From: an uncultured Candidatus Saccharibacteria bacterium
GTDB lineage: Bacteria > Patescibacteriota > Minisyncoccia > Phycocordibacterales > UBA5272
Length of the DNA stretch: 64,000 bases
Direction of reading: 5' to 3'
NCBI GenBank assembly: GCA_964348515.1
Contig: CAYGDA010000002.1
Span: 12,752-76,751, forward strand
Position 1 is the stretch's first letter. The number at the start of each line of letters is the position of its first letter. Below the pieces are notes generated by a model. The model was given only the letters and a program-made list of their open reading frames with translations. It made no database searches and was not told the origin of the DNA. Below are positions 9,944 through 18,747 of the stretch, in pieces. The position numbers and the translations under genes are program-made.

Positions 9944-11611
9944 ATGAAAGCCTTCTTGAGTAAGGAATTTTCCAGCACGCATGAAGCGGCGGTTCTGCTA
10001 GCTGTTTTTTCCTTGTTTTCCCAGATATTGGCGCTTGTCCGCGATAAACTCCTCGCTTATATGTTCGGGGCCGGGGCTGTGTTGGATACCTACTATGCCG
10101 CGTTTCGGGTGCCTGATCTCATATACGCGCTTCTGGCTTCAGCTTTTGCGTCCGTGGTTATAGTGCCCACCCTTATGGGGATTGTTGAGGAAAAAGGAGA
10201 GGAATCAATGCGGCGTTTTTCAGGGGCGATATTCAAGGCTTTCTTTGTTCTTATGTGCGCGGTTTCTGTAATATTGTTTTTCCTTATGCCGTACATCGTG
10301 CCGTTTTCCGCTCCGGGTTTTACTGCGGCCGCTCAATCGGACGTGGTTATGCTTTCCAGGATTTTACTTCTTTCTCCGCTGCTCCTTGGTCTTTCTAACT
10401 TGTTTGGCAGCGTTGCCCAAATGCGCCGGCATTTTTGGTTTGTAGCCATGGCGCCTGTTTTTTACAACATAGGGATAATCGCAGGTATAGTTTTGCTTTA
10501 CCCGGTTTTGGGATTGTCCGGTCTTGCCTGGGGAGTCGCTTTGGGGGCTTTGCTTCATTTGTTTACGCAAGGGACTGAAGCGCGCCGCTCGCCCGCTGCT
10601 CCGGATTTTTCAGCCCCGCTGTCGTTTAAGGAATTGCGGGGGCTTTTCAAAATATCTCTCCCGCGCATGTTCACGCTTTCTTTGAGCCAGATTCTGCTTT
10701 TGTGTTTTACGGCCATAGCTTCTACGCTCTCGCTTGGTTCCGTGGCGATATTTACGTTCGCTTTTAATCTGCAATCAGTCCCGCTTGCTTTAATCGGAAT
10801 GAGTTACTCTACGGCCGCTTTTCCGAGCCTCTCCTCGTTTTTTGCCAAAAAAGACAAAATCGGCTTTTCTAAAGAAATGCATAGCGCTCTGGCACAGATT
10901 ATCTTTTGGTCTGTGGTGGTTACGTGTTTTTTCATAGTTTTGCGCGCTCACATAGTACGTGTAATTTTGGGAGCCGGAGCTTTTTCCTGGAACGATACCA
11001 GGCTTACGGCGGCGGCTCTCGCGGTTTTTATATTTTCAATTCTTGCCCAGAACGCCATGATGCTTTTTACCCGCGGGTATTACGCGCTTAAAGACACAAA
11101 AACTCCGCTCTTACTGCACGGCTTTTCTTCCGTAGTTTCCGTCGGTTTTGCTTTTTTGTTTTTGTATCTTTTTAAAACCGCCGAATCTTTCAGATTTTTT
11201 ATAGATGATCTTTTGCGTGTTGACGGAGTGCAGGGGACGGCGGTGCTTATGCTTCCGCTTGCGTATTCGGTCGGGGCGATTATGGGCGCGGTGCTGTTGT
11301 CTTTTGATTTAGCCCGCAAAAATTTTCTGTCGCTAAAAAATATATATAAAACTTTTCTGCAGGTGTTTGGGGCGTCGCTTTTGGGCGCCTACGCCTCGTA
11401 TTTGTTTCTTGATTCTCTTTCCGGCCCGTTCGGGCTGACTACTTTTTGGGGGGTATTTGGACAGGGGGCTGTGGCCGGAATAGGCGGCGCGGCGATTTCG
11501 GCGCTGTTCCTAATTGTTCTTGATAATGCCGAATTTAAGAGGATACTTACAGTTTTCCGCCATAAATTCTGGAGAGGGCGGGCTCTTGTGCCGGAGCAGA
11601 CGGAGCTGTAA
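9944..11611 (+). CDS. murJ: Lipid II flippase MurJ (MviN family)
   Basis: N-terminus ILALVRDKLLAYMFGAGAVLDTYYAAFRVPDLIYALLASAFASVVIVP matches the MurJ signature (R..L.A..FGAG...DA..VAFR.PN). 14-TM topology, 555 aa. Confidence 0.8.
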   Translation: MKAFLSKEFSSTHEAAVLLAVFSLFSQILALVRDKLLAYMFGAGAVLDTYYAAFRVPDLIYALLASAFASVVIVPTLMGIVEEKGEESMRRFSGAIFKAFFVLMCAVSVILFFLMPYIVPFSAPGFTAAAQSDVVMLSRILLLSPLLLGLSNLFGSVAQMRRHFWFVAMAPVFYNIGIIAGIVLLYPVLGLSGLAWGVALGALLHLFTQGTEARRSPAAPDFSAPLSFKELRGLFKISLPRMFTLSLSQILLLCFTAIASTLSLGSVAIFTFAFNLQSVPLALIGMSYSTAAFPSLSSFFAKKDKIGFSKEMHSALAQIIFWSVVVTCFFIVLRAHIVRVILGAGAFSWNDTRLTAAALAVFIFSILAQNAMMLFTRGYYALKDTKTPLLLHGFSSVVSVGFAFLFLYLFKTAESFRFFIDDLLRVDGVQGTAVLMLPLAYSVGAIMGAVLLSFDLARKNFLSLKNIYKTFLQVFGASLLGAYASYLFLDSLSGPFGLTTFWGVFGQGAVAGIGGAAISALFLIVLDNAEFKRILTVFRHKFWRGRALVPEQTEL

Positions 11612-11660
11612 AAATGATAGTTGCGGGTGTTTATGGTAGAGTGCTCGCATTGCTTTTGTT

Positions 11661-13445
11661 ATGGATCACATCAGAAATTTTTCAATAATTGCCCACATAG
11701 ATCACGGTAAGTCCACCCTGGCTGACCGGATGTTGGAGCTGACACACACTATTGATGCCCGGAAAATGCGTGCTCAGGTATTGGACTCTATGGAGCTTGA
11801 GCGCGAGCGAGGCATAACCATAAAAATGACTCCCGTGCGGATGGATTATGTGCACGAGGGGAAGAATTACATTTTGAATCTCATAGACACCCCCGGGCAT
11901 ATTGATTTCTCTTACGAGGTGTCCCGTTCTTTGCGCGCTGTTGAAGGGGCTTTGCTTTTGGTTGATGCCACCCAGGGAGTACAAGCGCAGACTCTTACAA
12001 CACTTCACATGGCTGAAGAATCCGGTCTCACGATAATTCCGGTGCTGACCAAGATAGATTCTCCGCTGGCAAGAGTTTCTGAAACACGCCGTGAAATGGC
12101 TGAACTTCTTCTGATTGATGAGAGTGAAGTGATGCTTGTTTCAGGGAAGACCGGGGAAGGAGTTCTTGAACTTTTTGAGACTGTAATCAAGCGCGTGCCT
12201 CCGCCAAAGTCTGAATATGAAAAGGAAGGCGGGGCGCGGGCTTTGGTGTTTGATTTTGAATACTCTAACCATCAGGGGATTATTCTTTATGTCCGCGTTC
12301 TGGACGGGGAGATGAATAAGCGTGATGATTGTCTGCTTTTGGAAGCCAAAGCTTCTTTTATAACCAATGAAATAGGAGTATTTTTGCCGGGGATGAAGGA
12401 AACAGAAATTTTGCACAAAGGAGAAATCGGCTACATTGTGACCGGTATAAAAGAGCCGGGGGTAGCCAGAATCGGGGATACGGTGACCCTTTCCCGGAAA
12501 CGCCTGCCGGCGTTTCCGGGCTATGCCGAGCCGAGGCCGCTGGTATTTGCCTCTATTTTTCCTGAAGGCCAGGATGATTTCAGTATTCTTAAAAACGCTC
12601 TCCTTCGTCTTAAACTTTCCGATTCATCTCTTACTTTTGAAGAAGAAAATTCAAGCGTACTGGGACGCGGGTTTAGATGCGGATTTTTGGGAATGCTCCA
12701 TTTGGAAATAATTACTGAACGCCTGCGCCGTGAATTTTCAATTGAACTTATTATTACGCTTCCTTCAATAAACTACGCTATTACGTACAAAAACGGCAAA
12801 AAAGAAACAATTTATACGCCGTCTAAGTTTCCGGATGACGGAGCGTACACTGAATGTTATGAACCGTGGATAGACGCGAAAATTATCACACCTCCTGATT
12901 ATGTAAGTCCTCTGATGCAGCTTCTTTATAATTACGAGGCGGAGGTGGGGGATTCTCATGCTTTTGGAGATACCCGTGTTTCCATTTCTTTTAAAATGCC
13001 CCTGCGCGAGCTAATGCGTAATTTCTTTGATGTTCTGAAAAGTGTTTCTTCCGGATACGCTTCGCTTTCTTATGAGCTTGCCGAAAACCGCCTTGCCCAC
13101 GTAACGCGTCTTGATATTTTGGTGGCTGAAGAAGAAGTCTTGGCTTTTTCGAAAGTTATTTCTGTGCGCCGGATAGAAGAGGAAGCCGAGGCGGCGGTGG
13201 AAAAACTTTACAAAATACTCCCGCAGGAACTTTTTACGGTAAAAATACAAGCTCGTTCCAGGGGAAGAATAATTTCCTCGCGCACGCTTAAAGCCCTGAA
13301 AAAAGACGTTACGGGGTACCTGTACGGCGGGGACATTACGCGGAAAATGAAATTGCGTGAAAAGCAGAAAAAAGGCAAAAAGAAAATGCTTGCCCGCGGG
13401 CGTGTTCATATCGGTCATGATGTATTCCTGCAGATGATGAAATAA
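11661..13445 (+). CDS. lepA: Elongation factor 4 (LepA)
   Basis: IRNFSIIAHIDHGKSTLADR, DTPGHIDF, TKID G-domain motifs plus the LepA-specific C-terminal domain. 594 aa. Confidence 0.9.
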   Translation: MDHIRNFSIIAHIDHGKSTLADRMLELTHTIDARKMRAQVLDSMELERERGITIKMTPVRMDYVHEGKNYILNLIDTPGHIDFSYEVSRSLRAVEGALLLVDATQGVQAQTLTTLHMAEESGLTIIPVLTKIDSPLARVSETRREMAELLLIDESEVMLVSGKTGEGVLELFETVIKRVPPPKSEYEKEGGARALVFDFEYSNHQGIILYVRVLDGEMNKRDDCLLLEAKASFITNEIGVFLPGMKETEILHKGEIGYIVTGIKEPGVARIGDTVTLSRKRLPAFPGYAEPRPLVFASIFPEGQDDFSILKNALLRLKLSDSSLTFEEENSSVLGRGFRCGFLGMLHLEIITERLRREFSIELIITLPSINYAITYKNGKKETIYTPSKFPDDGAYTECYEPWIDAKIITPPDYVSPLMQLLYNYEAEVGDSHAFGDTRVSISFKMPLRELMRNFFDVLKSVSSGYASLSYELAENRLAHVTRLDILVAEEEVLAFSKVISVRRIEEEAEAAVEKLYKILPQELFTVKIQARSRGRIISSRTLKALKKDVTGYLYGGDITRKMKLREKQKKGKKKMLARGRVHIGHDVFLQMMK

Positions 13446-13451
13446 AACCGG

Positions 13452-14621
13452 CTAGATATTTTTTTCCAGTTCCTTTTCGGCAATAGCGTAGTGCTTGCTC
13501 TTGTAGTACTTGGACACGACGCCGTTTATGACCCACGTGAGAAGAAGAAGGGCACCGAAATACACCAAACCTATGGAAGTGAATTTTGGCAGTGAATCTT
13601 TACTCAAATATCCGAATATTCCGGCAACTACCCCTATGGTGGTGATTAACTGCAGGGAGGATATGGTGTTTTTTGTGCTTTTAGCCTGCAGGTCTGTGAA
13701 TATATCAATGGTGGATGAAAGGTAATTTTTTGTCATACTCCAGATATGTTTGACGTATTCGTGCGTGTCCAGGAGAGTTTCGAATTTCAGCTGGAAAAGG
13801 GGCTGTAGAGAAGCGTCTATTTTTTCCACATTTGTCACTTTTTGTCTCGTCCGCACATAGGCCGGCATTTGGTCTATCCTGGCTCCGATCAGGTTTATTG
13901 TTTTTTGATACACAGACAGTTCATTACGCATGGCATCAATGTCGGTGCCTTTTATGTCCCCGCCTTCTTTGATTGCGCGGATTTTTTCCCACAGAGTGCG
14001 GTGGATTGCCAGATAGCGGTGCAGTTGGGTTTTGAATTCCCGGAAGAATATTTGGGATTCTATTATTTCCCGCGCCAAATTTTCATCTTTAAGGTTGTTG
14101 ATGAGTATCATCCCGGGGCTTCTGTATACGCCGACGTTCTCTGTTGAGAAGACTGAGTAGATTTCTTCGCTCGCTTCTTTGAATGTTTTTTCTATGTCTT
14201 CTTTATTTGCGTCTGCAGAGGTGACTATGTAGGGAAGAATTGTCTGTATATTGGCGAGTTCTTTTGGCACCGGCGCGCCCAGGCTGAAAATAAAAGACAG
14301 GCTTACCGACAGTTTTTTGTCGTAGTAACTCTTTATTTCCGCAAAATCTTCCGTAAGGGAGTGAAAATTTTTCTCCAGAACAATGAGCCCGTCTTCGTAA
14401 ATTCTGTACCGGATACCGTCGTTGGTTTCTACATCCAAATATTCAAGGGGGCCGTTTTCCCGGTGTACTTCTTTTATATTCAGACGTTCAAAGGCCGCGC
14501 TTAGGTCTTTTTTAGAGAACCCCAGGGAAGATCTTTTGTATTTGAGAAAATCCCAGATTTCCGTAAGATGCAGTGTTGTTCTCTGGAACCATCCGCCTAT
14601 GTATATTTTTTGTATATTCAT
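13452..14621 (-). CDS. Hypothetical protein with two C-terminal TM helices (CorA-like topology)
   Basis: A large soluble N-domain is followed by two closely spaced TM helices at the C-terminus (ITTIGVVAGIFGYL, IGLVYFGALLLLTWVINGVV). No GMN motif. Function unknown. Confidence 0.4.
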   Translation of the reverse strand: MNIQKIYIGGWFQRTTLHLTEIWDFLKYKRSSLGFSKKDLSAAFERLNIKEVHRENGPLEYLDVETNDGIRYRIYEDGLIVLEKNFHSLTEDFAEIKSYYDKKLSVSLSFIFSLGAPVPKELANIQTILPYIVTSADANKEDIEKTFKEASEEIYSVFSTENVGVYRSPGMILINNLKDENLAREIIESQIFFREFKTQLHRYLAIHRTLWEKIRAIKEGGDIKGTDIDAMRNELSVYQKTINLIGARIDQMPAYVRTRQKVTNVEKIDASLQPLFQLKFETLLDTHEYVKHIWSMTKNYLSSTIDIFTDLQAKSTKNTISSLQLITTIGVVAGIFGYLSKDSLPKFTSIGLVYFGALLLLTWVINGVVSKYYKSKHYAIAEKELEKNI

Positions 14622-14697
14622 TTGTAATTAAAATAATATCACACACCGGATACAGACATAGTAAAACCGGCTAAAAATGCCGGTTTTACTATGTCTG

Positions 14698-14769
14698 TGC
14701 CCTTGGCAGGAATCGAACCCACATTGACCCCTTAGGACGGGGCAGTTCTATCCATTGAACTACAAGGGC
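14698..14769 (-). tRNA. tRNA-Arg(CCU)
   Basis: The reverse complement gives GCCCTTG-TA-GTTC..GAAC-T-GCCCC-GTCCTAA-GGGGT..GTGGG-TTCGATT-CCTGC-CAAGGGC-A. The cloverleaf has anticodon CCT. No CCA is encoded. Confidence 0.8.
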
Positions 14770-14773
14770 GGTT

Positions 14774-15013
14774 TTACACTCCGAGTACCGCGGTAATCTT
14801 CTCCCGGTTGAAACCCACAAAAAACTGCCCGTCTATCTCAATTATGGGAACGCCTTGTACAGGAGAACCCATCCTTTGCGAAAGCTCGGGGATAATTTCA
14901 GGGTTTTTGGTAAGATCATGTTCTTTGTAATCAACGTTTTTATCCTTGAAAAATTGTTTGGCGGCGTTGCAATAGACACACGTAGGGGTTGAGTATATTA
15001 TGACGTTTTTCAT
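14774..15013 (-). CDS. Glutaredoxin-like protein (CxxC thiol-disulfide oxidoreductase)
   Basis: 79 aa with YSTPTCVYCNAAKQFF active-site motif and a GVP cis-Pro motif. Lies directly upstream of tRNA-Arg on the same strand. Confidence 0.75.
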   Translation of the reverse strand: MKNVIIYSTPTCVYCNAAKQFFKDKNVDYKEHDLTKNPEIIPELSQRMGSPVQGVPIIEIDGQFFVGFNREKITAVLGV

Positions 15014-15202
15014 ATTTTAGTATTTTGAAAACTGATTAAAGTCCCGGGGTTTCCTAGCCGAAAAGAGACGGCAGTGACCAGGCAATCATGCCCAAAATCA
15101 CTATGATACTAAGGAATGCCCACATGATTGTAATGACTTTTTTACTTTTCTTTTGGAACAGCATATAAGGTATGATGTAAACGAAAGAACTATAGCAGGC
15201 AT

Positions 15203-15601
15203 ATGAGAGAATTTCAAGAAAGAAACAGGAGAAAGAACTTCCTTTATTCAAAACCGGTACTTTTCGCACTTTTTGCCCTTGTCTGGGTATTTGGGAGTGC
15301 TGCCTATTCAATGTACGAAAAAGCTTCTTACACAAAGGATTTACGCGACAAAGCTAAAAATGAATACGAACGCCTTGCTGTTAAAGAGGCTTCAGTTATT
15401 GAAAAAACAAGGTTACTTTCATCGGAACGCGGGAAAGAAGAGATTTTAAGAGACCAGTACAGATTTGCAAAAGCTGACGAAGGGGTAATGGTAATAGTTG
15501 AACAGACCGCCTCTTCAAGCCCTCAAACTCAGGTAAAATTGGACTGGTTTGAGCGTATGCGCCATGCTATAGTTTCTTCCGTCGCGAGTATTTTTGAATA
15601 A
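15203..15601 (+). CDS. Septum formation initiator family protein (FtsB/DivIC-like)
   Basis: Single N-terminal TM, a coiled coil, and a C-terminal motif EILRDQYRFAKADEGVMVIVE resembling FtsB (ARE.LGYVKPGE.V). The start could be an internal Met. Confidence 0.5.
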   Translation: MREFQERNRRKNFLYSKPVLFALFALVWVFGSAAYSMYEKASYTKDLRDKAKNEYERLAVKEASVIEKTRLLSSERGKEEILRDQYRFAKADEGVMVIVEQTASSSPQTQVKLDWFERMRHAIVSSVASIFE

Positions 15602-15615
15602 ATTTTTCAATAAAA

Positions 15616-15688
15616 GCGGGATTAGTTTAGTGGTAGGATGACTGCTTCCCAAGCAGTAGGCACGAGTTCGATTCTCGTATCCCGCACC
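15616..15688 (+). tRNA. tRNA-Gly(CCC)
   Basis: GCGGGAT...ACTGC-TTCCCAA-GCAGT...ACGAG-TTCGATT-CTCGT-ATCCCGC-A-CC. Anticodon CCC, partial CCA. Confidence 0.8.
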
Positions 15689-15692
15689 GGTT

Positions 15693-16307
15693 ATGAATAA
15701 AAAAGTTTCGGTTTCAATTTTAATTATATTGGTTTGTTTTGGTATATATTGGTTTTTTGGGGACAACGTTGAAATTAAAAACTACCCTCCGCACGAAGGT
15801 AATGTAGTTGCGTTCGGTGACAGTCTGGTTTCGGGGAACGGCTCAACACCGGGCAATGATTTTGTTTCGCTTCTTTCTGTAAAAATAAACGAACCCATAA
15901 TAAATCTTGGAATTTCCGGAAATACCACAAGAGACGGTTTGGCCAGAATCGACGAGATATTTGATAAAAACCCGCGCATAGTTCTGCTTCTGCTTGGAGG
16001 TAATGATTATTTAAAAAGAATTCCCAGTGAAGAAACATTTAAAAATTTGCGGGAAATTATTTCCCGTCTGGAGGAAAAGGGAATCCTGGTGGTTTTGCTC
16101 GGCATACGCGGCGGAGTATTGGTGGATCATTTTGATGCGGATTTTGAGGATTTGGCCAGGGAAAATGGTACCGCTTACGTACCTGATGTTTTGGACGGGA
16201 TTTTTGGCAAAAATAATCTGATGTCGGATACTATTCATCCCAATGATGAAGGGTATAAAATAATAGCGGACAGGGTTTTTACCGTTGTCAGTAAGGTTTT
16301 GAGGTGA
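15693..16307 (+). CDS. SGNH/GDSL hydrolase (lysophospholipase L1 / arylesterase-like)
   Basis: Signal/TM N-terminus. Block I VVAFGDSLVSGNG, block III GGNDY and block V DTIHPNDEG match the GDSL family. Confidence 0.8.
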   Translation: MNKKVSVSILIILVCFGIYWFFGDNVEIKNYPPHEGNVVAFGDSLVSGNGSTPGNDFVSLLSVKINEPIINLGISGNTTRDGLARIDEIFDKNPRIVLLLLGGNDYLKRIPSEETFKNLREIISRLEEKGILVVLLGIRGGVLVDHFDADFEDLARENGTAYVPDVLDGIFGKNNLMSDTIHPNDEGYKIIADRVFTVVSKVLR

Positions 16308-16474
16308 TACCAGCCCTTGCTTTTTTGCCGTATAGTTGTAGTATTTTTATGTACGGGTTTCGCTCGTGCGAGGGGTTCTTTTTTCCAATGGAATAGGGAG
16401 GATTATCTTCATAAATTACACGCCTACGGGGTAACAAAGAAACTTTAATTCAAAATTACAAGTGGGGTGCTTAA

Positions 16475-16912
16475 ATGAAAAAGAAGGCAGCGATAACGTC
16501 CGCCGGGCCCGATTTACCTGAAGGGTTCATCCGTCAGCAGGCTGCGAGGTTCACTCTGGATCTCGTTCTGGTGTACGCGAATCAGGAGAACAAGTTCGAC
16601 TTCCACCGCAACCCGCCGAGGGTCCGCCAGGGATGCGAGCACTTGGCCGTGCCGGAATGCATGGCTTTGGCCAAGCTTGTGAAGCGCGTCTACTTCGACA
16701 ACCTGCACAAGGACGATTCTCCGAACAAGGTCGAAGTCGAAGTCGTCGGACGGGACGAGAACGGCTTCATGGCGTTTGTGGCGCCGGGGGAATCAATGAC
16801 CCTGCGCGCTCACGGGCGTTTTCTGAAACCGGTATGCGTCGATGTGAAGGTGACGAAAGCCGGCAACAAGAGCCGAAGCACACTGGCCATGGCAGTACAG
16901 GCGGCGGGCTGA
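16475..16912 (+). CDS. Hypothetical protein encoded by a compositionally foreign (GC-rich, GC3-rich) gene
   Basis: About 60 % GC against ~46 % in the flanks. Codons are strongly G/C-ending (TTC, GAC, AAC, AAG, GTC, CTG). SD GGGGTG precedes the ATG. No recognisable domain. Confidence 0.55.
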   Translation: MKKKAAITSAGPDLPEGFIRQQAARFTLDLVLVYANQENKFDFHRNPPRVRQGCEHLAVPECMALAKLVKRVYFDNLHKDDSPNKVEVEVVGRDENGFMAFVAPGESMTLRAHGRFLKPVCVDVKVTKAGNKSRSTLAMAVQAAG

Positions 16913-16997
16913 AAGACATCCTCCAACACAACAACAAGAGAAGCCCTGGGTAACACCCCAGGGCTTTCGTAATTATGAGTTAGCGGGTTACAATTGA

Positions 16998-17309
16998 GTG
17001 ATGGAACCAGACACACAAGCACAGCTTAAGGAGATACTCGCGCTTACCCGCGAGAACAATGAATATCTGCGCGTTATTAACAGCCGTGAAAGAACCAGGA
17101 CGATACTGAGGGTTTTTTATTGGACCCTGATTATAGGGGCCACTGTTGGAAGCTATTATTTAATACAGCCGTTAATTAACACATATCTCGGCAGTACATC
17201 GTCTCTTTTGAACAGTCTGCAAAGTATACAGAAAGCGGGAACAAGTTTGCCTAATTCAGAGGATATACAGAAGGCCATACAAAATTTCAAGATTCCGGGG
17301 ACTCAATAG
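16998..17309 (+). CDS. Small coiled-coil plus single-TM membrane protein
   Basis: GTG/ATG start. N-terminal amphipathic helix, Arg-rich juxtamembrane segment (RERTRTILRVFYWTLIIGATVG) and one TM. Weakly similar to 26798-27076. Confidence 0.4.
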   Translation: MMEPDTQAQLKEILALTRENNEYLRVINSRERTRTILRVFYWTLIIGATVGSYYLIQPLINTYLGSTSSLLNSLQSIQKAGTSLPNSEDIQKAIQNFKIPGTQ

Positions 17310-17370
17310 ATTTTGCCCCACACGCCATAGTTTGCTATATTCTTTAAGTTCGCGGTTTGTACCAACAATT

Positions 17371-17443
17371 GCTGGGATAGCTCAGTTGGTAGAGCATTTG
17401 CCTGAAGAGCAAAGGGTCGCCAGTTCGAGCCTGGCTCCCAGCA
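17371..17443 (+). tRNA. tRNA-Phe(GAA)
   Basis: GCTGGGA-TA-GCTC-AGTTGGTA-GAGC-A-TTTGC-CTGAAGA-GCAAA-GGGTC-GCCAG-TTCGAGC-CTGGC-TCCCAGC-A. Confidence 0.9.
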
Positions 17444-17535
17444 CAAAAACGAAGGTTTTGTGAGGCGGAGGCGCGACTGCGCCGAGCCGGGGTCGCGGAA
17501 TTTTTCAGCAGAAAAATATCTGTGACCAGAAAAAC

Positions 17536-17562
17536 AAAAAACGCCCGTCTGGGCGTTTTTTG
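17536..17562. terminator. Bidirectional intrinsic terminator between tRNA-Phe and hsp20
   Basis: A-tract, then acgccc-gtct-gggcgt hairpin, then TTTTTT. It abuts the hsp20 stop on the opposite strand. Confidence 0.6.
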
Positions 17563-18051
17563 TTATATGGATTTTACGCGCAGTTTTGCCTGGCGCTCTT
17601 TGTCTATTTTTGGCAGGCGTATGATGAGCAGTCCGTGTTTTTCTACAGCCTCGGATTCTTCAATTTCTATTTCGTGGGGGAGGAGGATTGTGCGTGAGAA
17701 AGGCCCCCAATAGAGTTCTTTGTAGAAATAATCTTCGCTGGGAATTTGGCTGTTGGCCTCCCGCTTTCCTTTGATTGTGACCATGTCACGCGTAATAGAT
17801 AAGTGGAGGTCTTCCGGCTTGACCCCGGCAATCATGGCTTCGATGATAATTTCTTTGTCCGTCTGATATACATCAACTGAAAGTTCTCCTTCTTCTTCGG
17901 AAGATTCGTCTTCTACCCAGGCATCATTGCGGGTATTCTTTTTTACCGGAGTGTATTCTTCTTTCTGCTTGACCGGTATCTCGCGCTCCTTTTCTTCGTC
18001 GAGGCTGATGCTGCCGGCAAGTTTTTCAAAAAATGAACGCTTTTCTTTCAT
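17563..18051 (-). CDS. Hsp20/alpha-crystallin family small heat-shock protein
   Basis: Alpha-crystallin domain (VDVYQTDKEIIIEAMIAGVKPEDLHLSI, G.F.R...LP...I) and a Glu-rich N-terminal extension. Confidence 0.8.
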   Translation of the reverse strand: MKEKRSFFEKLAGSISLDEEKEREIPVKQKEEYTPVKKNTRNDAWVEDESSEEEGELSVDVYQTDKEIIIEAMIAGVKPEDLHLSITRDMVTIKGKREANSQIPSEDYFYKELYWGPFSRTILLPHEIEIEESEAVEKHGLLIIRLPKIDKERQAKLRVKSI

Positions 18052-18060
18052 AGTTTCAAA

Positions 18061-18744
18061 TTACGTTTTTAAATGTTTTAACTTTTCGAAAAGTAAGAGT
18101 ATTACCACGCCGATTGTCCACATAAATCCGTACACCTCGAGCATGTTTACCTTCGTTCCGTCTATTATAAGGTAGTTAAAAAGCGCATGCAATGAAACAG
18201 CTGTGCATAGTCCGATTGCGACGTAGAAAAAACGCAATATCGGACCATGATAAAAGGCGAGTCCGAGCATTATACCTATGGAGGCGCTCGCGAATACGTG
18301 AAGTGGTGAAGAGCCCACAAAGCGCATTGCCTGGTTTACTATGTTTTCCGATACGGAGTAATCAGCCAGGCCCCTATGAAGAAAGTAGGCATTTTCTATC
18401 GCGGCAAATCCGAGGGCAGCCGTTACAAGATAGATGGCAGGGTCTAGGGGTTCGTCGATTTCACTGTTGTCGGCATTGGTGAAATAGTACACGCCCCACT
18501 TGAGTATTTCTTCCGTTGCGGCCCACACAACCACAAGCTTCAATCCGGAGAAATAAGGGTACAGCATTTTTTCCACAAACAGGGCTATGGGAACCGCGAG
18601 CATTCCGGCGATGAAAGTCAGAGCCAACAGGGAAGGGGGTTCCGGCTGTTCTTCGTCTTCTGTCCTCCAAAAGAAAAACCAAACCAGGGCGGGCACGACT
18701 CCGCCGGCAAAAGATATAAGTGCAGCTTCGATAACCGGGTTCAT
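18061..18744 (-). CDS. PrsW-family intramembrane metalloprotease-like protein
   Basis: Polytopic membrane protein with EEILKWG, LGFAAIENAYFL and H....... motifs typical of PrsW/COG2339. Confidence 0.55.
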   Translation of the reverse strand: MNPVIEAALISFAGGVVPALVWFFFWRTEDEEQPEPPSLLALTFIAGMLAVPIALFVEKMLYPYFSGLKLVVVWAATEEILKWGVYYFTNADNSEIDEPLDPAIYLVTAALGFAAIENAYFLHRGLADYSVSENIVNQAMRFVGSSPLHVFASASIGIMLGLAFYHGPILRFFYVAIGLCTAVSLHALFNYLIIDGTKVNMLEVYGFMWTIGVVILLLFEKLKHLKT

Positions 18745-18747
18745 TTA

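Noticed and set aside
15054-15335. 93-codon minus-strand ORF overlapping the FtsB-like gene
   Set aside because: The + strand FtsB-like reading has a recognisable family signature. A short C-terminal piece (about 36 aa, MLFQKK...WSLPSLFG) could be a real small membrane peptide upstream of the glutaredoxin gene, but this is unsupported.
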